A DNA stretch of 64,000 nucleotides from a virus (Duplodnaviria; Caudoviricetes): positions 4,567 through 68,566 of IMG/VR virus record IMGVR_UViG_3300037478_000283. One strand, 5' to 3'. The translations under genes and the position numbers were made by a program. The notes below the pieces were generated by a model. It ran no database searches and was not told the DNA's origin. It saw nothing but the letters and a program-made list of their open reading frames with translations. Of this stretch, positions 28,949 to 38,614 are shown in pieces. The first letter of the stretch is position 1; every line of letters starts with the position of its first letter.

Positions 28949-30630
28949 TGCCGGCGATCAAGACAGGAGCCCACACGTGGGTTGCGTTTACGACGGCGGA
29001 TCGGGATGCGACCGGCAGCGATCACCAACTGCAGGTCAATGATATTTGCACTGTGCTTTCCGATGGCGCTCGCTTTCGCTGCACCTCTGTCGACGGCGCG
29101 GGTTCGTCGACATGGACGACTGCCATGGCTTCGGCTGTGAGCTGGGCGGACGTTCTCTCCAACGGTAGCACCACTGGCGCCAACTCCCCACAGATCACCG
29201 CAGGGCAAGGGCTCGAGCATCTCGACAACGCTGGCACTCCAGTCGTTCGAGCGCGCGAGGAGTTCGATTCGGCCGGTGGCCTCTGGAAGAAGCTATTCTA
29301 CACCGCCGCCGCAGCTGTCATCGCGACGACCAGTGTCGACACCGCGACAGGCAAATGGACACACGACAAGGACGTCACGATCGGCAGTACGGCGGTCTCC
29401 GAAAATCGGTCGCTGACGATCCTTACCGGCGGGAATGTCAATCAGAGCATCATCTTCTTCGGTGATGCGACGTCGCCGACGGCTGGGCAATTCGAGTACG
29501 ACAACAACCTCACGCGGTTCAGCCTCTACACCGAGGGTTCCGCCAGGGCGCACCTTTCCGGAGCGGCCTGGCTCCCTGCTGGGACCATGGACATCGGCTC
29601 GAGCTCGGCCCGCTGGGACGATGTTTTCGGGGTCAAGGGGAACTTTTCGACCCGCGTCTTCATCGACAACGCCACCGGCTCGGTGACGAACGTCGACACG
29701 TCCTACGACGATTTCATTATCGGCGATGGTGCGACCAGCGATCGCGGCATGACCTTCAAGATGGACGGGTCGTCGATCCGCAAGGCCGGCATTGCGGTGG
29801 CCGAGGGGGCAGCTCCTCTGCAGGCGGCGTTCTCGTATGACTTGGACTTGAACAAGTGGATCTTGCGGGTCCAGAACACGAACGAACTCGAGCTGACCAA
29901 CGCTGCTTTGTACCCGACGAGCCAAGGGGGATTGGCGCTCGGGATCGCATCGACCGGCGAATGGTCCGACGTCCGGGCACAGGCGGCGACGATTACGGGG
30001 AATGTGACGCTGAGCGCTACGAGCCCAACGCTCACCGGCGGCGTAAATGCGGGTACGTTCTCTATCGCGGGCGGGGCCGGCGGGGCGACCGATACGGGCG
30101 TGGCTGTTACGATCTCGGGGGGTGCCGGAGGGGCAACCTCTGGCGTGGGCGGTGCAGTGACTGTGCGGGGCGGGGCGTCGACAGACGGGGATGGTGGCGC
30201 AGTTAGTGCGACTGGTCGCAATGCTACGGGAACAAATAGAAATGGCGGAAATGTCACCGTATACGCTGGCAATGCTACGGGTACCGGCACTGGAGGCTCT
30301 ACCGTTCTCGGTGCAGGGACTTCCCCCTCTGGGACTCCTGGGACGATTCAGATCCAGACTAATGGATCTGAACGTGGAGTGGTGACAGGTGCCGGCCTGC
30401 TCGACTGGACATTAGACGTGCGCGCCCGTGGAGTAATTGTCGACGGCGACGAAGGGACTGGTATTGCCAGCACGACCACTCTCACCAATGTGCTCGACGC
30501 TACGGGCGACACGGCAGCCGCGGCGATCGGTAACTGGCGTGTCAACGGGAGCGCTGGTGTGTTTCACGGCTGGCTCAAAATCTGGGCCGGTACCACGTAC
30601 GTCAACGTCCCATGCTGGCGAGCTGCATGA
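28948..30630 (+). CDS. fibre-like protein with Gly-rich segment
   Basis: Repeated I.F.D....G...Y....F.L units, then (A/S)ITGGAGG-type Gly-rich repeats. Confidence 0.7.
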   Translation: MPAIKTGAHTWVAFTTADRDATGSDHQLQVNDICTVLSDGARFRCTSVDGAGSSTWTTAMASAVSWADVLSNGSTTGANSPQITAGQGLEHLDNAGTPVVRAREEFDSAGGLWKKLFYTAAAAVIATTSVDTATGKWTHDKDVTIGSTAVSENRSLTILTGGNVNQSIIFFGDATSPTAGQFEYDNNLTRFSLYTEGSARAHLSGAAWLPAGTMDIGSSSARWDDVFGVKGNFSTRVFIDNATGSVTNVDTSYDDFIIGDGATSDRGMTFKMDGSSIRKAGIAVAEGAAPLQAAFSYDLDLNKWILRVQNTNELELTNAALYPTSQGGLALGIASTGEWSDVRAQAATITGNVTLSATSPTLTGGVNAGTFSIAGGAGGATDTGVAVTISGGAGGATSGVGGAVTVRGGASTDGDGGAVSATGRNATGTNRNGGNVTVYAGNATGTGTGGSTVLGAGTSPSGTPGTIQIQTNGSERGVVTGAGLLDWTLDVRARGVIVDGDEGTGIASTTTLTNVLDATGDTAAAAIGNWRVNGSAGVFHGWLKIWAGTTYVNVPCWRAA

Positions 30631-30665
30631 CCAAGCGCAGCAACACGATTTGGAGGACACGAAAA

Positions 30666-31109
30666 ATGCGAATCGACTTCGACCAAGAACTCAAAACCCC
30701 GAAGGGCGAACCGTTCCGCGGCCCAGTCGGACCCCGTGAGCTACTCGTGGCGTTCGGCACCCTCTCCGAGGAGCAGCCCGATCTGCCACTACGCGACGCT
30801 CAACGCGTCCTGGCGCAGCGATGGAGCGCGCTCCAAGGCGAACCTCAGACGCTCGCCGACGTGGCTCACGATGCGCTTCTCTCCAGCGAGAAGGCGCAGA
30901 AGGGCAGCGCCACGGAGAAGCGGACGCGCGCTAGGCTGGCGCAACGAATCTGCAACGGCGGAATCGTCGACCTCGGCGATACCGACCTGACGCTGCTCAA
31001 GGATGAGCTGGAGAAGCACTGCAATGCGGCGGCGCTGATCGCCTGCGACGACGCGCTCGTCGAGTACGTGGAGCCATCACAGGAGCCTGAAGCCGAAGCG
31101 GCGGAGTGA
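30666..31109 (+). CDS. putative fibre assembly chaperone
   Basis: MRIDFDQELKTPKGEP...TLADVAHDALL...RARLAQRI...VDL...LLK; follows fibre gene. Confidence 0.55.
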   Translation: MRIDFDQELKTPKGEPFRGPVGPRELLVAFGTLSEEQPDLPLRDAQRVLAQRWSALQGEPQTLADVAHDALLSSEKAQKGSATEKRTRARLAQRICNGGIVDLGDTDLTLLKDELEKHCNAAALIACDDALVEYVEPSQEPEAEAAE

Positions 31110-31112
31110 GAC

Positions 31113-31340
31113 ATGCACCCGAACATCACCGCGATTCTCAAGTACTTCGACGACGGAGCGCAGCCGATCTGGATCGCGCTCAGCTATCGCGAGCTCGCGA
31201 ACAAGCTCGCCTCGTCGCTCGATGGTCCCGAGTCCACGGTTTCGCTCCGGAAGCTGCTGGAGTCCAGGGACGCCGCGATCCGGGCATCCAATGATCCTAA
31301 CAGCGTGATCACGCAGTCCGAACTTACGAGGCCCGAATGA
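31113..31340 (+). CDS. conserved hypothetical phage protein
   Basis: ILKYF...LDGPESTVSLRKLLESRDAAIRA. Confidence 0.65.
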   Translation: MHPNITAILKYFDDGAQPIWIALSYRELANKLASSLDGPESTVSLRKLLESRDAAIRASNDPNSVITQSELTRPE

Positions 31341-31852
31341 AAAACCTGTATGTCAGGCATACGGGTTTCGGTGCGCTGGTCTCGGTCGTCGCTGTGATCC
31401 TCGTCGGCCTACTGCTCGCCTGCGCCACAGCTCCGGTGATCATCCACATTCCGCCAGGCCACGACCACGAGTCGCAGTGGGCGATCGCGACAGCGGTGCT
31501 GCCAGTGCACATGGATCGCATCGAGCCAACAGACACGAACTACCACACGGGGAAAATCGGCGAGGTTCACGTATGGATCGTCCGCCACCTCCCGAAGGGC
31601 CAAGCGGGCCACGCTCACCAGCGTGTCTGCGACCCAATCATCGAGGTACACGAGAGCTCGGCTCGGTCCGCGCTCGGCCATGAACTCGGGCACACGCTCG
31701 GGCTCGAGCACGTCAAAGACCGCGAAAACGTGATGTTTTGGGTCGAATCGGACACCGCGGCGAAGCTGACGAAGAAACAGAAGCGAATAGCCCGGCGTGG
31801 AGCCGGGTTCCTCCGGCTGTGCCGAGCGGCACGAGAGGTGGTGCAACGATGA
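31337..31852 (+). CDS. matrixin-like (metzincin) zinc metalloprotease with N-terminal signal/lipobox
   Basis: HELGHTLGLEH (HExxHxxGxxH), Met-turn NVMF; hydrophobic N-terminus ending LLAC. Confidence 0.85.
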   Translation: MKNLYVRHTGFGALVSVVAVILVGLLLACATAPVIIHIPPGHDHESQWAIATAVLPVHMDRIEPTDTNYHTGKIGEVHVWIVRHLPKGQAGHAHQRVCDPIIEVHESSARSALGHELGHTLGLEHVKDRENVMFWVESDTAAKLTKKQKRIARRGAGFLRLCRAAREVVQR

Positions 31853-32235
31853 CAGTCCCCGCAGGAGCGTTGGTCGCCTTGCTCACGATCGGCGGCTGCG
31901 GCCACGCGTTCGCCGACCGTGCGGTCAAGGTCGGACAGCGATCCAAGACAGTGGTCGACGGTGTCGCCTCCGCTGTGTCGGACCACATCAACAAGCGCGC
32001 CGACGCGTGCAAGGAGCGTCCGACGCGGGTCGAGCTCGACCAGTGTCTCGGTCCCGTTGCGTCGCGCCCCGACCATGTGGACGCTGTGCTCGAGAGCGTC
32101 AGGGCGGCACAGGTCGTGCTGTACGTCGCAGTAGCGGCGGGCGACGTCGACGCGGTCAAAGGGGCGATCGCCGACCTGACCCGCTCGATGGCCGAGGTCG
32201 CCAAGCTGGCCAGGCAGATCCAGGAGGCAAAGTAA
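31849..32235 (+). CDS. putative lipoprotein (lysis cassette)
   Basis: Hydrophobic N-terminus with IGGC lipobox-like motif; helical body. Confidence 0.6.
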   Translation: MTVPAGALVALLTIGGCGHAFADRAVKVGQRSKTVVDGVASAVSDHINKRADACKERPTRVELDQCLGPVASRPDHVDAVLESVRAAQVVLYVAVAAGDVDAVKGAIADLTRSMAEVAKLARQIQEAK

Positions 32236-32432
32236 TGGGCGCATTGATCGGAAAAATCATCGGAGTCGTGATCGACGCCGTAGACGAGCTCAGCCGGCAG
32301 AGTCTCGCCAAGGCACTGCGCGAGGCGGCCGCCCGGATCGAGCGCGGTGACATGGTCAGCGACGACGCTATCGATCGGGCGAAGGCGGCAACGGACCGGA
32401 TCCGGCAACTTCGGAAGGTGGTCCCATCGTGA
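32235..32432 (+). CDS. small amphipathic protein
   Basis: MGALIGKIIGVVIDAV...; GGAGG RBS. Confidence 0.6.
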   Translation: MGALIGKIIGVVIDAVDELSRQSLAKALREAAARIERGDMVSDDAIDRAKAATDRIRQLRKVVPS

Positions 32433-32632
32433 CCGACGCCGACAAATCGATCAGCGCCAAGCTTCACGATCGTACCATGCACCTGCTCGAGTTCGCATTC
32501 GGGGCTATGTGCGTCGCCACGATCGTGGCCGGCGAAGCACTCGGCTGGGGGCTCACGACGTCGACCACGGCACTGCTAGGGCTCGGAGCCGGGATCGTGA
32601 TCAAGCGTCCGAGCGATATGGGGAGGAAGTAA
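32429..32632 (+). CDS. holin-like two-TM protein
   Basis: 67 aa, two hydrophobic segments, basic C-terminus. Confidence 0.55.
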   Translation: MTDADKSISAKLHDRTMHLLEFAFGAMCVATIVAGEALGWGLTTSTTALLGLGAGIVIKRPSDMGRK

Positions 32633-32635
32633 AGC

Positions 32636-33112
32636 ATGGATCCAGTCCTGGCCCTGGTCGCATTTCTTGGCTCAATCGGCACTATCGTTGCGTTCTTGCT
32701 CGGTGGATGGGCCGGCCACGCTAGGGCACGCAGCGAGATCAGTGCTGCAAACAATACAGCTAAGGATGCTCAGGTAGTCGCGACAAGGGCTAGTGAGATT
32801 GCGTTCTCGGCAACGAAGCACATCGAGGCGATCCTGGTGAAGATCGATCACATCATGGACGACCTGTCCAGGCTTATGCAGCGGGTGAACGAGAACGACG
32901 TGCGAGACCGCGGCCGGTACCACGACATCAACAACCGACTCCAGGGATTCGAGGCTCAAGTCGACTTATTCCACCATGTGATCGAGCAGCTTTGCGAGAA
33001 AGCACAGATCGCTCCGCCGCCCCGGCCCTACCGTGAGCGAGAGACGCCGATTAGACCTATAACGACATCACCACCGATCGACCCGAATCGAAGGCCGATA
33101 CGACGGCCGTAA
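32636..33112 (+). CDS. TM-anchored coiled-coil protein (possible i-spanin)
   Basis: N-terminal TM then coiled coil; Pro/Arg tail. Confidence 0.55.
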   Translation: MDPVLALVAFLGSIGTIVAFLLGGWAGHARARSEISAANNTAKDAQVVATRASEIAFSATKHIEAILVKIDHIMDDLSRLMQRVNENDVRDRGRYHDINNRLQGFEAQVDLFHHVIEQLCEKAQIAPPPRPYRERETPIRPITTSPPIDPNRRPIRRP

Positions 33113-33191
33113 CGAATCTCAAGCATGAGCACACGATGACCGTCTCCATCACCGCCACCTTGTCACGTGTCAACCGGAAGAGGCTCTGCTC

Positions 33192-33554
33192 GTGAACCTC
33201 GATCTCCGGCCGTCGATTACCAGGCTCGGCGCCTTCTACACCGTGCGGCGTGGATCTGCGCCCACGATCGCAGACGGCTTCGCGACGCCAGGGTCGGCAA
33301 CGGAGATCACCAGACGTATACTGTTTCAGCCGGCATCCGCAAAGGATCTGCAACTACTGCCAGAGGGCCGCAGATCCGTGGGTGCGGCTGTCGCATTCGC
33401 CACCGAGGACCTCCGAACAGAGGATGTCGACACTGGCGCCTCGGCCGACATAATCGTCCGCGAGGACGGCAGCGAGTGGGAAGTAGTCCTGGTTGACGAC
33501 TGGCTACCACAGGGCAACTACTGGCGCGCACTGGCGCAGAGGGTGGGTCGCTGA
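33192..33554 (+). CDS. head closure/head-tail joining protein
   Basis: FQPASAKDLQLLPEG.R...ADII...G.EWEVV..DDW. Confidence 0.85.
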   Translation: MNLDLRPSITRLGAFYTVRRGSAPTIADGFATPGSATEITRRILFQPASAKDLQLLPEGRRSVGAAVAFATEDLRTEDVDTGASADIIVREDGSEWEVVLVDDWLPQGNYWRALAQRVGR

Positions 33555-34363
33555 TGGTCGCCTCCCCGATCGCCTGGGAAGCAGCGCAGGACGCCCTACA
33601 TGCATGGGTCGTCGGGGCTACCGAGATCCCGGCGGCGCGCGTCCTGTGGGTCGATCAGAACGTCGCGCAGCCGAGTGTGTACCCGTTCGCGACGCTGCAC
33701 GTCCTGTCCGGCCCGCGGTCACTAGGGCAGTCCGAGACTCGCCAGGACTCGCAGGTGATGCGAGAGACCGTAACAGTGACAGCTGCGGCCGAGCAGGCCT
33801 ACACGATCGATGTCGCGTTCGGAGTCGACGACCCGACCACGTACAGCCACTCCGCCGGATCGGGTGAGACGATCCAGCAGATCCGCGATGGTCTGATCTC
33901 CGCGCTAGGTTCTATCCCTGGGCTCACGATCACGGCGGTAAGTACGAATCAGATCCGGTTCGACGGCTCGTCCGGGACGCCGCACTTCCACGTGACGATT
34001 GGGACCAACCTGACCAAGGTGACCGACATCGATGCGGTCCTGGAGACCGCGTACGAACCCGTCGAGATCACGGTTCAGGTCGAGGTCCATTCGACCGTCG
34101 CGCTCCCGACAGGTCACGCGCGTGCATACGCGGCCAGACTAATCGCAGCTCTCGGGTTGGAGTCGTTCCGCTCCGCGCTCGTGTCTGCCGGGGTCGCGTT
34201 TCATCGCGTGCTCGCGACCCTCGATACCAGTTACCTGGCTGGCTCCAAGTGGGTCACCAGGATTACCACCGATCTCGTCTTCCAGCTGTCCAGCGTCGTC
34301 GATGCGCAGATGCCATGGATCCGCACCGTCGACGCAACAGACATCACCGTGACTCAGGAGTGA
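33554..34363 (+). CDS. tail terminator/neck protein with inserted module
   Basis: Position before sheath; QPSVYPFATLHVL...ITVQVEV...RITTDLVF. Confidence 0.8.
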   Translation: MVASPIAWEAAQDALHAWVVGATEIPAARVLWVDQNVAQPSVYPFATLHVLSGPRSLGQSETRQDSQVMRETVTVTAAAEQAYTIDVAFGVDDPTTYSHSAGSGETIQQIRDGLISALGSIPGLTITAVSTNQIRFDGSSGTPHFHVTIGTNLTKVTDIDAVLETAYEPVEITVQVEVHSTVALPTGHARAYAARLIAALGLESFRSALVSAGVAFHRVLATLDTSYLAGSKWVTRITTDLVFQLSSVVDAQMPWIRTVDATDITVTQE

Positions 34364-34366
34364 GCC

Positions 34367-35704
34367 ATGCCACTTGTAAACAAGATCACCGGCGCCATCA
34401 CCCTCGACACCATCCGCGCAGCCCGAACCGGATTCGCCAAGCCACTGGTCCTGGCGCAGTCGACCGATCTTCCTGCCGGGTTTACGGATCGGTTTCGCGA
34501 ATATGCTGGCACTGATGAAGCGATCGACGACGGGATCAGCAGTTCTGGCAGCGTTGTCAAGGCTCTGGCTGCCATGTTCGACCAGAGCCCGAGGCCCAAA
34601 GTGGTCGGCGTTGGCCGGCGCGTTGCCGCAGTCGCGCAGGTGTACCAGTACGACATCACCGCAAGCCCTACCGACGGCGACTACACGATCACGATCAACG
34701 GAGAAGCCCATACGTTCAATGCGGTTTCTCAGACCGCTACACAGGTGCGGGATGAACTGATCACTGCCATCAACGCTGGCGGACAGGCTGCGCTGGTGAC
34801 GGCCGCGATCGTCGACGCTGACTCTCTATCGGTAACGTCCGACGTTGCGGGGCTGTCGTTCAGCACTGCGGTCGCGTCGCCCGACGGCGATCTGACCCAG
34901 GCACAGACCACCGCGAACACTGGGGCCTACGAGGACCTCACCGCCGTCAAGGCCGAGGATGATACGTGGTACGGGATCGTTTCAACGAGCCGTACCGATG
35001 GCGATATCCTCGAGACCAGTCGGTGGGCGCAGGACAACAAGAAGCTATACGTGGCGCAGAGCGACGATACGGACATCTATGACGCTGGCGTTACGACCGA
35101 CATCGCGTCGCAACTTGAGACACTGCTGCGCACTCGCACGGTGCTGACGTTCCACGACGACGATAGCGAGATGAACGATGCTGGCGTGGCCGGCAAGATG
35201 TTCCCGAAGGACGCCGGATCGGCGCATTGGGGATGGCAGTCGATCAACGGTGCCGTGGCGGACGTGTTCACGAGCGCCCAGGTCACCGCGATCGTAAACA
35301 AGAGCGCGAACTACTTCGAGGAGACCGACGGCGTCCAGACGATCTTCCATCGCGGCATGACCAGCGGCGGGATCTGGGCCGACTTGATCATTGGAGCGGA
35401 CTGGCTCGAACAGAACATCAACGCCGACCTTCGGGATCTCCTGATCGCAGAGGACAAGGTCCCCTACACCGATGGCGGGCTCGCCCAGATCGGCACGACC
35501 ATCGAGGCCAGGATGCGCCGAGGGGCATCGCAAGGGATCGTGACGGCCGAATCGATCGACGTCCCCGAGATGCGAGTGTCCGATCAGGAGTCGAGCGACG
35601 TGGCGAATCGTCATCTTGTCGTCCGCGACATCAGGGCAACGATCCAAGGCGCAGTTGACACGATCGATTGGGTCGGGACCCTTTCACTTCCAACCGCCGC
35701 ATAA
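34367..35704 (+). CDS. contractile tail sheath, DUF3383 family
   Basis: AMFDQSPRP...WYGIV...WGWQSING...NYF...GGIWADLIIGADWL...KVPYTDGGLA. Confidence 0.93.
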   Translation: MPLVNKITGAITLDTIRAARTGFAKPLVLAQSTDLPAGFTDRFREYAGTDEAIDDGISSSGSVVKALAAMFDQSPRPKVVGVGRRVAAVAQVYQYDITASPTDGDYTITINGEAHTFNAVSQTATQVRDELITAINAGGQAALVTAAIVDADSLSVTSDVAGLSFSTAVASPDGDLTQAQTTANTGAYEDLTAVKAEDDTWYGIVSTSRTDGDILETSRWAQDNKKLYVAQSDDTDIYDAGVTTDIASQLETLLRTRTVLTFHDDDSEMNDAGVAGKMFPKDAGSAHWGWQSINGAVADVFTSAQVTAIVNKSANYFEETDGVQTIFHRGMTSGGIWADLIIGADWLEQNINADLRDLLIAEDKVPYTDGGLAQIGTTIEARMRRGASQGIVTAESIDVPEMRVSDQESSDVANRHLVVRDIRATIQGAVDTIDWVGTLSLPTAA

Positions 35705-35716
35705 GGAGCATGAGCC

Positions 35717-36151
35717 ATGGCCGGAAACGTATCAGTCATCGATCCGAAAGAGGTCCACATCGTCGTGGGTACGCATCGCGTCCAGGGCTTCGCCCGTGGG
35801 CAATACTTCAACGCCGAGAAGATCAACGACGACGTATCCTTCGAGGAGGGTACAGACGGAGAACAGGTGTTCGTGGAATCGACCAGCGAAGGCTGGACGA
35901 TTACGATCACACTGTTGCAGTCGAGTCGCAGCAACGACAAGCTGTGGGCGATCCGTCAGGCGGCCCGTAACGCTCCCGGTGGTGCACCGGTCCCGCTGGC
36001 CGTCACGCACCGAGGCACCAAGATGGTCTCGGCTGCGGTTCGGATCCAGAAACCGCCGGCCGTGTCGTTCGCTGATGGCGTCGAAACCCGCGTGTGGACC
36101 ATGCTGGCCGCCAACTTCGAGGGCACGATCCAGGGGCTCACCAGTCCATGA
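35717..36151 (+). CDS. tail tube protein, DUF3277 family
   Basis: IDPKEVHIVVG...QGFARG...GTDG...ITITLLQSSRSNDKL...KPP. Confidence 0.9.
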   Translation: MAGNVSVIDPKEVHIVVGTHRVQGFARGQYFNAEKINDDVSFEEGTDGEQVFVESTSEGWTITITLLQSSRSNDKLWAIRQAARNAPGGAPVPLAVTHRGTKMVSAAVRIQKPPAVSFADGVETRVWTMLAANFEGTIQGLTSP

Positions 36152-36159
36152 GGTAACCG

Positions 36160-36717
36160 ATGGCACGTCCCGCTGAGATCCACACCATCGACGGGTTCCG
36201 GTACCGGATCCGGAAGATGGATCCGTTTGATGCGCTCCGGCTGCAGGCGATGCTCGTGCAGACGCTGGGCGGCTCTGTGGTCCGGGCGCTGTCCGGCAGC
36301 GCAGGTATCAAGGGAGTCGTCGTCGACCTACTCGGGGACGCGGAGGGTCGTCTGGCGGGCCTGCTCGACGGCGACACCAAGCAGCTGGTCCCACTGATCG
36401 AGCCGCTCCTGCTGGGGCTTGCAGAGATCGCGGACAGCATCGCTGATCGGCTCACCCCGGAGGCCGCAGTCGCGGTCGCCAAGCTGCTCGTGGTCGGCCG
36501 GGATCCGGGCGGGCACTCATACCTGTCCACGTGGACCGGCGACGCCGAGATGGATATCGAGGACGTAGACACGTACCGGCAGGTGATGCACGAGCGCGGT
36601 CCGTGGCACCAGCTCGCACTGCTCCGACGCTGCGTCCAGGTGCAACTGGGAAAGCCCTCCGCCGACCGCGCTACCAGCTCCCACGGGCAAGCGGCTCCGG
36701 CGGAGGCAAGCCCGTGA
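36160..36717 (+). CDS. tail assembly chaperone (G)
   Basis: Between tube and tape measure; TIDGFRYRIRKMDPFDA. Confidence 0.75.
   Translation: MARPAEIHTIDGFRYRIRKMDPFDALRLQAMLVQTLGGSVVRALSGSAGIKGVVVDLLGDAEGRLAGLLDGDTKQLVPLIEPLLLGLAEIADSIADRLTPEAAVAVAKLLVVGRDPGGHSYLSTWTGDAEMDIEDVDTYRQVMHERGPWHQLALLRRCVQVQLGKPSADRATSSHGQAAPAEASP
36648..36654 (+). other. candidate -1 ribosomal frameshift site G GGA AAG
   Basis: Same heptamer as lambda G/GT, in phase; -1 frame stays open to 36893. Confidence 0.65.
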
Positions 36718-36893
36718 GCATTGCCCCGATCCCGCCAGGTCTCGAGCTGCCGGAGTTCATCCTGATCTGGCGCCCAGTCGCCGAGCGTATGGCGACGCTG
36801 ACGGAGATCCGTGAATCGTGGACGATCGAGGACGTGTTAGACGCCAATGATGTCTTGAATAAAATGGCGCATGACTCCGGAGGTATGTCGTGA
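36714..36893 (+). CDS. tail chaperone T portion / small chaperone
   Basis: WRPV...MATLTEIRESWTIEDVLDANDVL; GGAGG before GTG 36714. Confidence 0.75.
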   Translation: MSIAPIPPGLELPEFILIWRPVAERMATLTEIRESWTIEDVLDANDVLNKMAHDSGGMS

Positions 36894-38614
36894 TTATTCG
36901 CGAGCTCCTGACCAAACTCGGATTCCAGGTTGACCAGAAGGGGATCACCGGATTCGAGAAGCGCTTGCGCCAAACGAAGGCTGCGCTTCGCAGCGTGGCG
37001 AACGGTACCAAGGCGACCGTCCGCGCAATCGCTGGGATCACAGTCGCAGCAACAGCAGCAGGAGCGGGGCTCCTGAAGCTTGTTACGTCCGTGACCGAGG
37101 TCGGCGATAGAGCCGCCAAGGATGCACAACGGCTGGGCATTACGGCGGAAGCAGTGCAGGAGCTCGGGCACGCCGCCAAGCTGTCCGGTGCGGATTTTGG
37201 CAGCGTCAAGATGGGGCTTCAGATCTTCTCGAGGCATCTCGGAGACGCCCTCACAAAGGGTGGCGAGGCGGCCGAAGTATTCAAGCGAATGGGTATCTCG
37301 ATGGACGATCCGGTCCTGCGCTCGAGGGATCTTGAGAAGATCCTGCCGAGCCTCGCGGACCGGTTCGCGAAGATGCCGGACGGTGCAGCAAAAACGGCGT
37401 TGGCGATGGAGCTGTTCGGTCGCTCAGGGACTGATCTGATCCCGTTGCTGAACGAGGGATCGGAAGGTCTCGCGGCGATGCGCAAAGAACTGCGCGACAT
37501 GGGCGGCGTGATCAGCAACGAGAGCGCCGCGGCGATGGAACAGTTCAACGATGATCTGGATCGTATGAAAGCGCAGGTCGGCGGAGTCGTGGCATCGGTG
37601 GTCTCCGACCTATTGCCAACGTTCCAGAACTGGTTGACTCAGCTGCGCGAATGGATCGGCCAAAATCAAGAGCTACTCAAGCAGAAGGTACGAGAATTCG
37701 TTGAGCGCGTTGCTGATGCGCTCACTAAACTGGCAGGCGTCGCGGTGAGTCTCGCTCCGACCATAGGATCTCTCGTCGACATGTTCTCTCGTCTCGCTAC
37801 AACGATCGGACCAGACGGAATGATCGCCGCGATCGTGGCGTTCAAACTTGCCATGACTGGACTGCCTGGGGCGCTGGCCGGAATCGGTATCATCGTCGGG
37901 ACAACGCTAGGTCGTATGGCTGCAGACCTGGCCGGCATTACCCGAGGGGTAGAGGACGCGGACCAGCGGATACGTGCGCTTCAAGCCCAGAACTCGGCGA
38001 TCAACTCCGGGACCGACGCCGCAGACACACTCCGAAAGCTTTCCAAGTCTGGGCAGCTCGGCGACCTTCCGGAGCACGAATTCGATCGTCTTGTCGGGCA
38101 ACTGCGCACGGGTATCCGCGCTGGCGGCGAGGCGGCGCAAGAGGGCGCGCGAGGTGTCCGGAATCTTATGACAGCGAATAGAGCCTCGAATCTGTTTGAG
38201 TCGCAACTACGAGACGAGCGCACGAAGCAGCAGGCGGGAAGATTCACGACTGGACAGTCGGAGGCGCGTTCGTCCTTTGCCCCGATCCTTGGACAGGAAA
38301 AGACGAAGAAGAAACGCGGCGGCGGAAGACGTGCCAAGGAGAAGGATAAGGAGCCGACGCTCGCCGATCTACTTGGTCTCGACAAGAGCGCCGCCGATCT
38401 CGGCGCGTTCAACTCGAAGGCCGAGAACCCCGTACTTGGCACCACGATCAATCGTTACGACTTTGCCCCGGTGATGAATCTCGATGTCGAGCTGCGCCAG
38501 AGACCTGGCGAATCATCGCAAGGGATGGCCGATAGGCTCGGCGACATGATCGACAAGCGGTTCAACACCTGGAGTCGACGCGTGTTCCAACACTTCAGAG
38601 GAGCGACAGGCTGA
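36890..38614 (+). CDS. tape measure protein
   Basis: IRELLTKLGF...AQRLG...QEL..AA...KTALAMELFGRSG..LIPLLNEGSEG. Confidence 0.9.
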   Translation: MIIRELLTKLGFQVDQKGITGFEKRLRQTKAALRSVANGTKATVRAIAGITVAATAAGAGLLKLVTSVTEVGDRAAKDAQRLGITAEAVQELGHAAKLSGADFGSVKMGLQIFSRHLGDALTKGGEAAEVFKRMGISMDDPVLRSRDLEKILPSLADRFAKMPDGAAKTALAMELFGRSGTDLIPLLNEGSEGLAAMRKELRDMGGVISNESAAAMEQFNDDLDRMKAQVGGVVASVVSDLLPTFQNWLTQLREWIGQNQELLKQKVREFVERVADALTKLAGVAVSLAPTIGSLVDMFSRLATTIGPDGMIAAIVAFKLAMTGLPGALAGIGIIVGTTLGRMAADLAGITRGVEDADQRIRALQAQNSAINSGTDAADTLRKLSKSGQLGDLPEHEFDRLVGQLRTGIRAGGEAAQEGARGVRNLMTANRASNLFESQLRDERTKQQAGRFTTGQSEARSSFAPILGQEKTKKKRGGGRRAKEKDKEPTLADLLGLDKSAADLGAFNSKAENPVLGTTINRYDFAPVMNLDVELRQRPGESSQGMADRLGDMIDKRFNTWSRRVFQHFRGATG

